The translations under genes were made by a program, and so were the position numbers. Source: Candidatus Babelota bacterium (lineage in GTDB: Bacteria > Babelota > Babeliae > Babelales > Vermiphilaceae). Taken from it: 32,000 nucleotides of DNA. The notes below the pieces were generated by a model. The model was not told the origin of the DNA and made no database searches. It was given only the letters and a program-made list of their open reading frames with translations. The stretch spans positions 510,001 through 542,000 of the forward strand of contig JBDHVY010000001.1 in assembly GCA_039809905.1 (NCBI GenBank), in the 5' to 3' direction. Below are positions 18,801 to 26,354 of this stretch, in pieces (positions within the stretch are counted from its first letter, which is position 1; the number at the start of each line of letters is the position of its first letter).

Positions 18801-19176
18801 CATAACAGTTGAAATTTTATGTTCATCATGTGGAAAAAAAGCATCAGCTAAGCCTCTGCCATGCAATAATGGTAAATGCAGAAAAAAAACAGCAAACTTA
18901 TGCAATGATTGTTTAAAACAACACAATAAAGGACAATGCCCTACCTGCTGGAACACCATTGGTAAATTCACACAAAAAGAAATAGATCAATGTTGCATCT
19001 GCACAGAAAAACAATCTGTTACTCCTATGCCATGCAATAATTGCAAAATCGGGAGCGCTCGCATTTGCAAGGAGTGTCTAGGTGATTGCCTTCAAAGCAA
19101 TCCTCATAAATGTCCAACATGCATGCAAGATGCATACAATAAAGACTTGATAGAAAAAGTTTTAAATCAGAAATAA
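15853..19176 (+). CDS. Secreted ankyrin-repeat protein with charged coiled coil and tandem C-terminal RING-like zinc-binding modules
   Basis: Signal peptide (MQKINHLLLITLLCHATAALAEQ); about 18 ANK-like units (GNTALHIAAQKGHTEIV etc.); R/E/A/Q-rich helix; two C-x2-C...PC-x2/3-C...C-x2-C...CPTC modules at 18820-18948 and 18991-19122. Confidence 0.93.
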   Translation: MQKAFMQKINHLLLITLLCHATAALAEQVPTSIFQEARSGNAQAIKERLEEWQDCSAKDENGNTALHIAAQKGHTEIVDMLTTEQKFLEWDWNYLCSWVQTPAKLPNKNGKNNDGNTPLHCSIEAGQEKATECLLQKNVDTNICNNQEYVPSFMILAQDNPTLIPLLKHHNCLNKKVKGNTVLHVAIKQNKPHIVERLLDEQSLVHEKDAEGKTITTIALDASNIPVLNTLIKKNINLNEPDKDGQRPMHHAARDGKYDILNFLLEHKISHNVTDKEGNTPLHYTAMYNRKKEMDLLLAHTADIQQCNNAGEDIFLIAVDKKHIDLVEYLAKKPGININIRDKKGQTAFMRTTIAQDYTGSKKLYDLGVNLRLTDYDQENVLHKAAALGNEDITKLVLSRDKTLLEIKNKHGETPLFVAVKNGRYAISQALIQQYGASINSTNNNGENPLFVAIAKGYETSTKILLQAGASVNTKNKFGETPLLVAVKNGRAELVTLLTQQYNAPVNITSNNGSIPLFIAVENGYQNTTKALLKAGASLLTKNKEGESILHVAAQLSDTTILSDLLNQPNKPDINILNSAKLTPLHCAAQSNNVAGIKLLEQHGAGWNYITPQGNTIAHSAIEKNAVKALDYIITRDPQLLNIENKSEHTPLLLAAKMNALSCAKKALREKDFINKDIERAINIAIHFSHPDMRHFLESEITDRKNRRRKIGNMYHEIDSIISDNRATVATLVLKNIMSSREYNPGLVNHYTDHQLYHMTETEIIEVHNYYLERKNKELQYKNVVTQRLNTVLQQEAAQREAEKELKRIARERERAEEEARLQRIEDQKRRERELKEKLEREALQAQRARELEFKQKQLAEEQARLARIEEQNRRDRELREAQEKKTALEAQKARELEFKQKQEAEEKAKQAALKAQQDEIDRRNKEKAAQDAWQADMVRKQKEVTAAIAADKERARQQQHSNALEGQHIPQNLQPSAPPMENITVEILCSSCGKKASAKPLPCNNGKCRKKTANLCNDCLKQHNKGQCPTCWNTIGKFTQKEIDQCCICTEKQSVTPMPCNNCKIGSARICKECLGDCLQSNPHKCPTCMQDAYNKDLIEKVLNQK

Positions 19177-19183
19177 TAATAGG

Positions 19184-19221
19184 TAAACGCGAGTCGTATG
19201 AATAAGTACGACTCGCGTTTA
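19184..19221. terminator. Perfect 15-bp stem, 8-nt loop intergenic hairpin
   Basis: TAAACGCGAGTCGTA-TGAATAAG-TACGACTCGCGTTTA directly after the stop of the ankyrin gene; no T-tract. Confidence 0.6.
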
Positions 19222-19233
19222 TACAAAAAAACA

Positions 19234-20328
19234 ATGCTATACAATAAAAATTTTTTTATTATTTTTTATTTTTTTATTATCGGAATCATATCTTATGGAG
19301 CTGAAAATAAAGGCTTAGCTCATTTATATAAGATAGAAAAAATTGATGCTGATGCTAATACAAAGCATGTAACACATATTACCAACAATATTATTGCCAT
19401 AACCAATAATAATCAATTGCACATTTTACAATTAAACCCAGTACAAAAAATCCATAGCATTAAGATTGTTGATGAAGAGCTCTTAAGTCACTCAATATTT
19501 CATACACATGATAATAAGATTATAGCTGCTTCACGCAATAAGATTCTTATATATGATCTGGAGACAAAGAAACAACAGCTTGAAGAACAATTTTTAAATC
19601 AATTTATTACAGCTACAACTATCCATCCCCGCAAGAGCATACTTTTTGTATTGTCTTCAATTAATGGCTTTGTTACAAAATACAATTATGTAACAAAAGA
19701 ATCAGAATCTTTCGATCTACCTCAAGAAACTTGGACACGCATGAGCATTCATCCAAACAAGGAGATTATGTGTTTAGCCAGCGATAGAATGCTTTCTTTC
19801 TGTCCATTAGAAAATTTAAATACAATAGAGGCTATTGGACACACTCACAAAATTGTACTTTTTTGCAACTATAGTCCTGATGGATCTTATATAGTTACAG
19901 GAGACGCCTATGGGATTTCCGCAATACATCTCAATAAAAAATCTAATGAGTTAACGATACTTGCAAAAAATGAGCGTTTTCTGAATATAAAATTTCACCC
20001 AAATGGCTTGTTGGCTATTTTTACTGCTCAATACTCTGGACCTTCTGAAAGTTCAATAGGCCGATCGCTATACTTCTGGGACTTAAAAGAAAGAAAATGT
20101 GTTCATGTGATGCCTTATCTAAAAATTAACAGTGAAGATGATTTTTCTTTTTCCAAGAATGGTCTAGAGGTTGTTATTGCAGGGTATAAAAGTATTATAA
20201 AAACATATGTTCCTTTTGTTGTACAAGAATATGAAAAACTTTTTATCTGGTTAAAAAAGCTTGAACAACAACATCTGATATCAAAAGATATTATAATGCA
20301 CTGTTTGAACATTTTTTTGAGGCGTTAG
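19234..20328 (+). CDS. Secreted WD40/beta-propeller-like protein
   Basis: Start ATG 19234 gives signal peptide MLYNKNFFIIFYFFIIGIISYGAEN; blade-like segments NYSPDGSYIVTGDAYGISAIHL, IKFHPNGLLAIF, LYFWDLKERKCVHVM. Confidence 0.75.
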   Translation: MLYNKNFFIIFYFFIIGIISYGAENKGLAHLYKIEKIDADANTKHVTHITNNIIAITNNNQLHILQLNPVQKIHSIKIVDEELLSHSIFHTHDNKIIAASRNKILIYDLETKKQQLEEQFLNQFITATTIHPRKSILFVLSSINGFVTKYNYVTKESESFDLPQETWTRMSIHPNKEIMCLASDRMLSFCPLENLNTIEAIGHTHKIVLFCNYSPDGSYIVTGDAYGISAIHLNKKSNELTILAKNERFLNIKFHPNGLLAIFTAQYSGPSESSIGRSLYFWDLKERKCVHVMPYLKINSEDDFSFSKNGLEVVIAGYKSIIKTYVPFVVQEYEKLFIWLKKLEQQHLISKDIIMHCLNIFLRR

Positions 20329-20361
20329 ATCTAAAACACCGTTGTGGCTCCAAGAAAAACC

Positions 20362-20621
20362 ATGATATACAATAAAAATCTTTTTATTATTTCTTATTTT
20401 TTTATTGTCGGAACTTATACGCTTATTTGGATGAGATATTTACTTATTTAGATGAAAATTGTAGTGATTTAGATAAAACAAACCTAAAAGAAACAACTGA
20501 AAAGATACAAGCTATTCCTTCAAAATTAGATAGTTTTGTTAAAAAAGAAGCAATCCGTTTCGGAGTATCTGTGGATGTTATAAAAAACTGTTCCAGACTG
20601 CGTCAAAAACTGGCAAAATGA
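20362..20621 (+). pseudogene. Frameshifted remnant: duplicated signal-peptide start followed by an out-of-frame 64-aa ORF
   Basis: 20362 ATG reads MIYNKNLFIISYFFIVG, similar to the start of the 19234 gene, then stops at 20451; ORF 20427-20621 continues in another frame from TTG. Confidence 0.5.
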
Positions 20622-20691
20622 TCCTAGAATAAAAACAGGTACCGTACAAGAACTTATAGAAAAAAAGTTTTAAATGAAAAATAAAAAACAT

Positions 20692-20734
20692 AAAAAAGCA
20701 CCCTGTACAATTTGTCTACAGGGTGCTTTTTTTA
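20692..20734. terminator. Rho-independent, bidirectional-looking terminator
   Basis: AAAAAAGCACCCTGTA-CAATTTGTC-TACAGGGTGCTTTTTTT. Confidence 0.9.
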
Positions 20735-20862
20735 TAGTATGTTTCAAAAAATTGATATATTTATTTATGGTAAATGTCTTATTTTTTGTGGTCCAAAAAG
20801 ATTGTTGTGAGGTTGAATGGTAGGTTTTTTAACAATATGTGGATAGCATTTTGAAGTACATT

Positions 20863-22284
20863 TTATAATTGCTCTACAATACTACGTTCACTAAAATAAT
20901 GTTTTGTTGTTCCAATGATTTGATACTCATCAGGCCCTTTGCCAAGTAATGCAATTATAGAGTCCTGATCAGATAACTGATACGCATATTCAATAGCCTT
21001 TTTACGATCAAGCTCTTGAATAATTTTATGTGTTAATGATTGTGGAATATCACCAATAATATCATTGGCTATCGTTGCGGCATCTTCTAATCGTGGATTA
21101 TCAGACGTTATCATTACAATATCGGCAATTTCTGCTGCAATACAACCCATCATAGGTCGCTTTGATTTATCTCTGCCACCACCAGCACCAAAAACAACAA
21201 TTAATTGTGAAGTAAGCGCACGTAATGTGGATAAAACTGCATGAAATGATTCAGGATTATGTGCATAATCAATAAAACAGCGCGCACCATTTGGTAAAAC
21301 ATGTTCTTGTAATCTTCCCGGCACACCTGCAAATGTTTCAAATGCTCTACTGATGTCATCAGGACTAATGCGCAATGCCAGTGCCATACTCGCTGCAGCT
21401 AAAACGTTATATCCATTATAGGTACCAAAAAGAGAATGACATGCAAAATGATATTCTCGTAATTGCAATTTGATTGAAGCAATAGCATCAGTTAATAATT
21501 TTCCATGATATATATTCTCTGTGCTATTAAACCCAAAGCTCATCATATGCGAATGTTGTTCCAATAAAGACATGCAATATTCATTATCATTATTAATCAA
21601 AATAGGTGCATCATCAGTAGCTTGATTAAAAATTAAGCATTTAGCTCGGAAATAATTATCCAAATCAGGATAAAATTCTAAATGTTCATGAGAAAAATTA
21701 GTAAAAATAATACCACAAAAAGTGATTCCTTCAACTCGATGCAGCGTTAATGCTTGTGCAGCAACTTCCATGATTACATATTCCACCCCTTGATCAACAC
21801 ACAATTTGAGAAATTGTTGTAAATAATCTGGTTGTGGCGTTGTTAATGATGCAGGAAATACCGTACCATTCATTTTATTTTGCGCAGAACTAATCAACGC
21901 TGTTTTATATCCAGTACATCGGAGAATATGTTCAAGCAAAAAAGATGTTGTTGTTTTGCCTTTGGTGCCGGTAATACCAATAATTTTGAGTTGGCGTGCA
22001 GGAAATCCTGCTGCTTGTGCACTCAATTGCGCAAGAGCTTTTCTGGTATTATCAACACGCTGTACAGTAACATTACATTCTTGTATGATGCTGCATAAAT
22101 CATCAGGTAATAAAACAGTTTGGTGCACGACTATTGTACGTGCACCTTTTTCAATTGCGGATTTAATATAATTAATGCCATTATCGGCATATCCCTGGAT
22201 AGCCACAAAGATAGAGTTTTGACCAACAAAATCTGTATGACATGTTACCGGAAATATTTTAGGCATGGATAATAATGAATCCAT
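20863..22284 (-). CDS. murE: UDP-N-acetylmuramoyl-tripeptide synthetase (meso-DAP type motif)
   Basis: P-loop GITGTKGKTTTSFLLEHI; ANFSHEHLEFY-like Mur ligase region; DNPRLED. Confidence 0.93.
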   Translation of the reverse strand: MDSLLSMPKIFPVTCHTDFVGQNSIFVAIQGYADNGINYIKSAIEKGARTIVVHQTVLLPDDLCSIIQECNVTVQRVDNTRKALAQLSAQAAGFPARQLKIIGITGTKGKTTTSFLLEHILRCTGYKTALISSAQNKMNGTVFPASLTTPQPDYLQQFLKLCVDQGVEYVIMEVAAQALTLHRVEGITFCGIIFTNFSHEHLEFYPDLDNYFRAKCLIFNQATDDAPILINNDNEYCMSLLEQHSHMMSFGFNSTENIYHGKLLTDAIASIKLQLREYHFACHSLFGTYNGYNVLAAASMALALRISPDDISRAFETFAGVPGRLQEHVLPNGARCFIDYAHNPESFHAVLSTLRALTSQLIVVFGAGGGRDKSKRPMMGCIAAEIADIVMITSDNPRLEDAATIANDIIGDIPQSLTHKIIQELDRKKAIEYAYQLSDQDSIIALLGKGPDEYQIIGTTKHYFSERSIVEQL

Positions 22285-22291
22285 AAAATAA

Positions 22292-23629
22292 CTACGCCTT
22301 ATAATTTCTCAGTAACCCAAATACATTCTCTTTTATTTTTGGCAATAATAGTAATAAGCCATACATGTTGATGTATAACATCATTGCAATAATAATGCCT
22401 GCTAAATCCCACACAAAATCAACTGCAGCGACCGCTCCCAATAAAGCGCACAAACTGTACGTAATATTGAATGCCATGCCAAAGCGATTGTTTGTTAAAA
22501 ACATCCATGCAGATTTAACTACATACGCGTAAGAAACCATAACACCAAATCCAAAACTTACGGCAAGGAAACTTACAATCCATCCACCATATATTCCAAA
22601 AACTGTTTCAAATGCAGCAATAGTAAGCGCTGTACTGTTAAGACCACTATCCCATACACCAGAAGCAACAATACATAGTGCAACGATGAGTCCAATAAAG
22701 GTACTAATAAATGTACTAATCATTCCCATGAAACCGTTTTGAACCACATCATTGTTTCCAGTGGAACCAAACATAATGGCTGCAGAACCAAGACCTGATT
22801 CAGTTGCAAAAATAGAGCGAGACATTCCCGCAGCAATCATTTGTTGGAAAGAAAAACCAATTACTCCTCCGGCAAAAGACTGTAACCCCAATCCACTTTT
22901 TATCATAAGAGACAACGCAGGAATGATAGATTGATAGTGAACAAAAAGAACAGTCAAAGAAGAAGCCATAAATACCACTACTTTAACCGGAACAATACTT
23001 AATGAAATTTTGGCAATTCTATCTGCGCCACCAAAAAGTATGTATAAAACAAATAATAAAAGACCAAGACCGCTGATAATTGGTGCAATTCCCCATGTTG
23101 CAGCCAAACTAACTGCCATAGAATTTGATTGGATAACATTTCCACCAATTAAACCATAAATAACACAGAAAAATGCATATAACCAAGGAAGGTAAGATCC
23201 GCCAGGAACACGTTTAAGGTAAAGCATTGGTCCACCAAGAGAGCCTTTTTCTGTTGTTTGCGCTGCAAAAAGTGAACTAATATATACCTCGCCAAAACGT
23301 ACGGTCATTAAAATCAATCCAAATACAACAAACCAAAATGCTGCACCTGGACCACCTGAATAGATAGCCGTTGCAACGCCAGCAATAACACCATTACCTA
23401 AATTTGAATTAATCGTATTCATAAAAGCATGAAAGGGAGACATTCCTTCTGCTTGTTGCGATCCTTTTTGAGAAGGGAAAAGAGCAGTTTTAAGTGCTGT
23501 TGTAAGATACGTAAATTGCATACCACGTAAAGCAACTGTATAAATAATGCTGATAACACCAACATAAATAAGTAGTGGCCATCCACATACAACATCAGCC
23601 AGTTGATTTATTAATAGTACAAAATCCAT
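22292..23629 (-). CDS. AGCS-family sodium:alanine/amino-acid symporter
   Basis: Multi-TM; GVISIIYTVALRGMQFTYL, SNLGNGVIAGVATAIYSGGPGAAFWFVVFGLILMTVRFGEVYISSLF, ESGLGSAAIMFG. Confidence 0.93.
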   Translation of the reverse strand: MDFVLLINQLADVVCGWPLLIYVGVISIIYTVALRGMQFTYLTTALKTALFPSQKGSQQAEGMSPFHAFMNTINSNLGNGVIAGVATAIYSGGPGAAFWFVVFGLILMTVRFGEVYISSLFAAQTTEKGSLGGPMLYLKRVPGGSYLPWLYAFFCVIYGLIGGNVIQSNSMAVSLAATWGIAPIISGLGLLLFVLYILFGGADRIAKISLSIVPVKVVVFMASSLTVLFVHYQSIIPALSLMIKSGLGLQSFAGGVIGFSFQQMIAAGMSRSIFATESGLGSAAIMFGSTGNNDVVQNGFMGMISTFISTFIGLIVALCIVASGVWDSGLNSTALTIAAFETVFGIYGGWIVSFLAVSFGFGVMVSYAYVVKSAWMFLTNNRFGMAFNITYSLCALLGAVAAVDFVWDLAGIIIAMMLYINMYGLLLLLPKIKENVFGLLRNYKA

Positions 23630-23801
23630 AAGCGCTCCTCGCGTAAAAAAAATAATTTTAAAACATCAACATAATTAGTATACTTATTTTTTATATTTAT
23701 ACAGCACCCAATTAGCACCAAAAGTCTCTTTAGCAAACTTCGTTAACGTTCGCACGAATATTAGCTAAAAAAAATATTGGCTGCAAAGTCTTTTATGAGG
23801 T

Positions 23802-23829
23802 CCCCGTGTGTAAAGCATTGAGCATGGGG
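23802..23829 (+). repeat. Short intergenic hairpin family member A
   Basis: CCCCGTG-14 nt-CATGGGG, preceded by GAGGT, 18 nt upstream of ruvX. Confidence 0.6.
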
Positions 23830-23847
23830 CTATTATGTGGAGTTACC

Positions 23848-24309
23848 ATGAAAATTCTTGCTCTTGATATCGGTGATCGTTGGACAGGAGTTGCTATCTC
23901 TGATCCATTAGGAATACTACCCCGCCCTTATGATACTTTTAAAACCAATGAATTATATGCATGCTTAGAAAAAGTAATTGCTCAAGAACGCATTTCCACC
24001 ATTGTTGTTGGATTGCCAACCACGCTACGCGGTACTGAAAGTGATCAAACAAAAAAAGTTATTGCTATGACACATGATTTGCAAAATCACTTTCCAAACA
24101 TTGAATGGAAAATGTGGGATGAAAGACTAACAAGTAAACAAGCATCTCAGATAAAACCAGCCAAAACAAAAGAAGATAAATTACGCTCCCATGCCGTTGC
24201 TGCCGCAATTTTTTTAAGTACTTATCTTGAACACAAACGATTTTTAAATCCATCTACAGATTATTTTGACAATAATGATGACTCTGATTCAGAAAACGAC
24301 GCTGTTTAA
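23848..24309 (+). CDS. ruvX: Putative Holliday junction resolvase / pre-16S rRNA nuclease YqgF
   Basis: MKILALDIGDRWTGVAISDPLG, VVGLPTTLRGTES, WKMWDERLTSKQA. Start moved from 23806 to ATG 23848. Confidence 0.92.
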   Translation: MKILALDIGDRWTGVAISDPLGILPRPYDTFKTNELYACLEKVIAQERISTIVVGLPTTLRGTESDQTKKVIAMTHDLQNHFPNIEWKMWDERLTSKQASQIKPAKTKEDKLRSHAVAAAIFLSTYLEHKRFLNPSTDYFDNNDDSDSENDAV

Positions 24310-24414
24310 TTACAGGCTATAATGTTGATTGACAACATACACCTTTATATTTTAGGTTGACATATAAAAGGAAAACAACTTCGATTCCCAAATTCTCGGT
24401 TTTTTAAAGGGTCT

Positions 24415-24438
24415 CCAATCAGAGTAAAGCTCGATTGG
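24415..24438 (+). repeat. Short intergenic hairpin family member B
   Basis: CCAATC-AGAGTAAAGCTC-GATTGG, preceded by GGGTCT, upstream of the zinc-ribbon gene. Confidence 0.45.
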
Positions 24439-24459
24439 GTTTAAAAAAAGGAGTAGTTT

Positions 24460-24639
24460 ATGAAGTGTCAAAAATGTGATGGTTTATTAGTTCTTCAAAC
24501 ATTTTTTGATCATCCTCTCAATTTTGAGGGGTGGAAATGCTTAAATTGTGGTAAAATAGTATTGAAAAAAGAAAAGACTATAGAATACGATTCATTTAGT
24601 CTTTTTTACCAACAACAGAAAAGTAAAAATCGAAATTAA
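24460..24639 (+). CDS. 59-aa zinc-ribbon protein, absent from the ORF track
   Basis: AAAAAAAGGAG ribosome-binding site 6 nt before ATG; translates to MKCQKCDGLLVLQTFFDHPLNFEGWKCLNCGKIVLKKEKTIEYDSFSLFYQQQKSKNRN with two CxxC knuckles. Confidence 0.8.
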   Translation: MKCQKCDGLLVLQTFFDHPLNFEGWKCLNCGKIVLKKEKTIEYDSFSLFYQQQKSKNRN

Positions 24640-24674
24640 CATTTGTAACCTTTTGCGCTATTCTTGAATGGAGT

Positions 24675-24704
24675 CCCCATACGAGATGTCGATAAAGTAT
24701 GGGG
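24675..24704 (+). repeat. Short intergenic hairpin family member C
   Basis: CCCCATAC-14 nt-GTATGGGG, preceded by GGAGT, upstream of tsaB. Confidence 0.6.
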
Positions 24705-24721
24705 CAAAATGATGGGGCAAA

Positions 24722-25348
24722 ATGCATTCATACTTAGCAATACAACACACACAAGACACATTTGAGATAGCACTGTGTATCGATAATAATATTATGGATA
24801 CAATTTCAGATGATAAACGCCACACGAGTAAATTATTTATTCCACATTTAGAGCAATTACTCAGCAAAAATAATATAACTTTTGCTGAGCTTTCTTTTTG
24901 CGTAGTTAATTGCGGACCAGGTCCCTTTTCTACCCTCAGATCAATTATTGCATCAGTGAATGGCTTGCATTTAGCAACCAACATGCCTTTAATAAGTATT
25001 GATGGTCTTGAAGCCACTTTTTTGGAATATTATGATCCTGTATATGAAAACACCGTTGTTTTACTGAATGCCTTCAATAATGAAAGTTATTATTTAACTG
25101 CTCATGGCAACAAAATTATATCCACCGGATATAAAAATACCGATATATTAAAACAGGAAATCGTAGAACAATTCGCTGCACCATCCCTTAATATTATCGA
25201 TAATAAAACCTGTTCGGTTGAAACTATTGGACGCCTTGGATATGAAAAGTATATCAACAAACAACCATTAGATGGATATCTTTTGCCTCTGCACTTGAAA
25301 AAACATCCTGTAGAACGTAACTTTCAACAGCCTTTTGATAAAAAATAA
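24722..25348 (+). CDS. tsaB: tRNA threonylcarbamoyladenosine biosynthesis protein TsaB
   Basis: YLAIQHTQDTFEIAL...HTSKLFIPHLEQLL...VNCGPGPFSTLRSIIASVNGLHLATNMPLISIDGLEA. Confidence 0.9.
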   Translation: MHSYLAIQHTQDTFEIALCIDNNIMDTISDDKRHTSKLFIPHLEQLLSKNNITFAELSFCVVNCGPGPFSTLRSIIASVNGLHLATNMPLISIDGLEATFLEYYDPVYENTVVLLNAFNNESYYLTAHGNKIISTGYKNTDILKQEIVEQFAAPSLNIIDNKTCSVETIGRLGYEKYINKQPLDGYLLPLHLKKHPVERNFQQPFDKK

Positions 25349-25402
25349 CAATTAATATATGCTAATAGAGAATGAAAAAGCATAGCCTAAAGGAGCGCTT
25401 TT

Positions 25403-26011
25403 ATGAAGATATACAACGCCATTTTAGCAGCATTGACAGCAATAACTTTTGCAAGCATAACAATAGCTCAAGAAACAAACTTAAATCAACAAGATCTTGA
25501 AGAAAAAGAACGGGCAGAACGCAGTAATAGACCTATTGTCCCTGTCATATTTAGGAGTTCAAGAGAGGGTTTACCATGGGATGTTAATAAAACACCTACA
25601 ACTCCTGATACCATTTATCATTATGTGAACCCTGCTTCTGCTCGAAATTTTTATCGCAAGCGTATATTTTTCGGTACAGATCAATCAGGCAAACCTTGTT
25701 ATAAAAGAATTAGGGAACACGCAAAAGATAATCCTGAGTTTGGCAATGTTGGGCTAGTTATATTTCACCAGCAAGCGTGGCATAAATTACATTTTTCTGA
25801 CTCGTTTGAAGTGGTAGGCACCTATGCTGATGAATCTGCACGGAACAAATTAATTAACAGCATGAGTGGATTTTGGATATTAACTGAAGGCAATGGTGGT
25901 GTATGGTGTCCAGAACAAAATGTATTTATTGGTGGAACGCGAGATAAGCAGATATGTGATAGATTTGCTGAATATATGAAACAATCAGAACAATCAAAAA
26001 AGATGGAATAG
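25403..26011 (+). CDS. Secreted hypothetical protein
   Basis: Signal peptide MKIYNAILAALTAITFASITIAQE; complete ORF; no recognised family. Confidence 0.75.
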   Translation: MKIYNAILAALTAITFASITIAQETNLNQQDLEEKERAERSNRPIVPVIFRSSREGLPWDVNKTPTTPDTIYHYVNPASARNFYRKRIFFGTDQSGKPCYKRIREHAKDNPEFGNVGLVIFHQQAWHKLHFSDSFEVVGTYADESARNKLINSMSGFWILTEGNGGVWCPEQNVFIGGTRDKQICDRFAEYMKQSEQSKKME

Positions 26012-26064
26012 TTTTTGATTTTCGTCCTTCGATAGATTTTACTATCTCAAACATTTCGTAAAAC

Positions 26065-26116
26065 ATTCAGGCCGAACGGGTTAAAAATTTACTTTCTTAC
26101 TCCGTTCGGCCTGAAT
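26065..26116. terminator. Perfect 15-bp GC-rich hairpin between genes
   Basis: ATTCAGGCCGAACGG ... CCGTTCGGCCTGAAT with a 22-nt loop. Confidence 0.6.
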
Positions 26117-26169
26117 ATTTATATTTAAGCATGAATCTTTAAAATGACCCACCGCGCTCATTAGCTTAG

Positions 26170-26226
26170 CCCCATGCTTCACTCTGTTACACATGGGGTC
26201 CCCAATGAAACGAAGTGTAATTGGGG
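26170..26226. repeat. Two adjacent short hairpin family members (E on minus, D on plus)
   Basis: CCCCATG-15-CATGGGG (26170-26198) and CCCCAAT-13-ATTGGGG (26200-26226). Confidence 0.6.
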
Positions 26227-26354
26227 TGAAAAGAATTAAGCGCATAAAAAAGCGCTCGAAAGATACCCTTCAACAAGTTCAGGGCGAGCGCAGCGAGAAA
26301 TAAACTAAGACAAGGAAAATTTAGTCTTCCGCAAGTTTGAAAAATTGGGCTTTT

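Noticed and set aside
18541-18971. Minus-strand ORFs antisense to the coiled-coil and RING-like region
   Set aside because: The plus-strand frame has ordered Cys modules and repeats; the antisense frames show no domain.
15853-19176. TolA-like envelope protein as the main identity of the 1107-aa protein
   Set aside because: The charged helix alone is TolA-like, but the ankyrin array and C-terminal Cys8 modules do not fit TolA.
20115-20312. 65-aa minus-strand ORF antisense to the beta-propeller-like gene
   Set aside because: No motif; overlaps the supported coding frame.
24658-25017. 119-aa minus-strand ORF antisense to tsaB
   Set aside because: TsaB motifs are clear on the plus strand.
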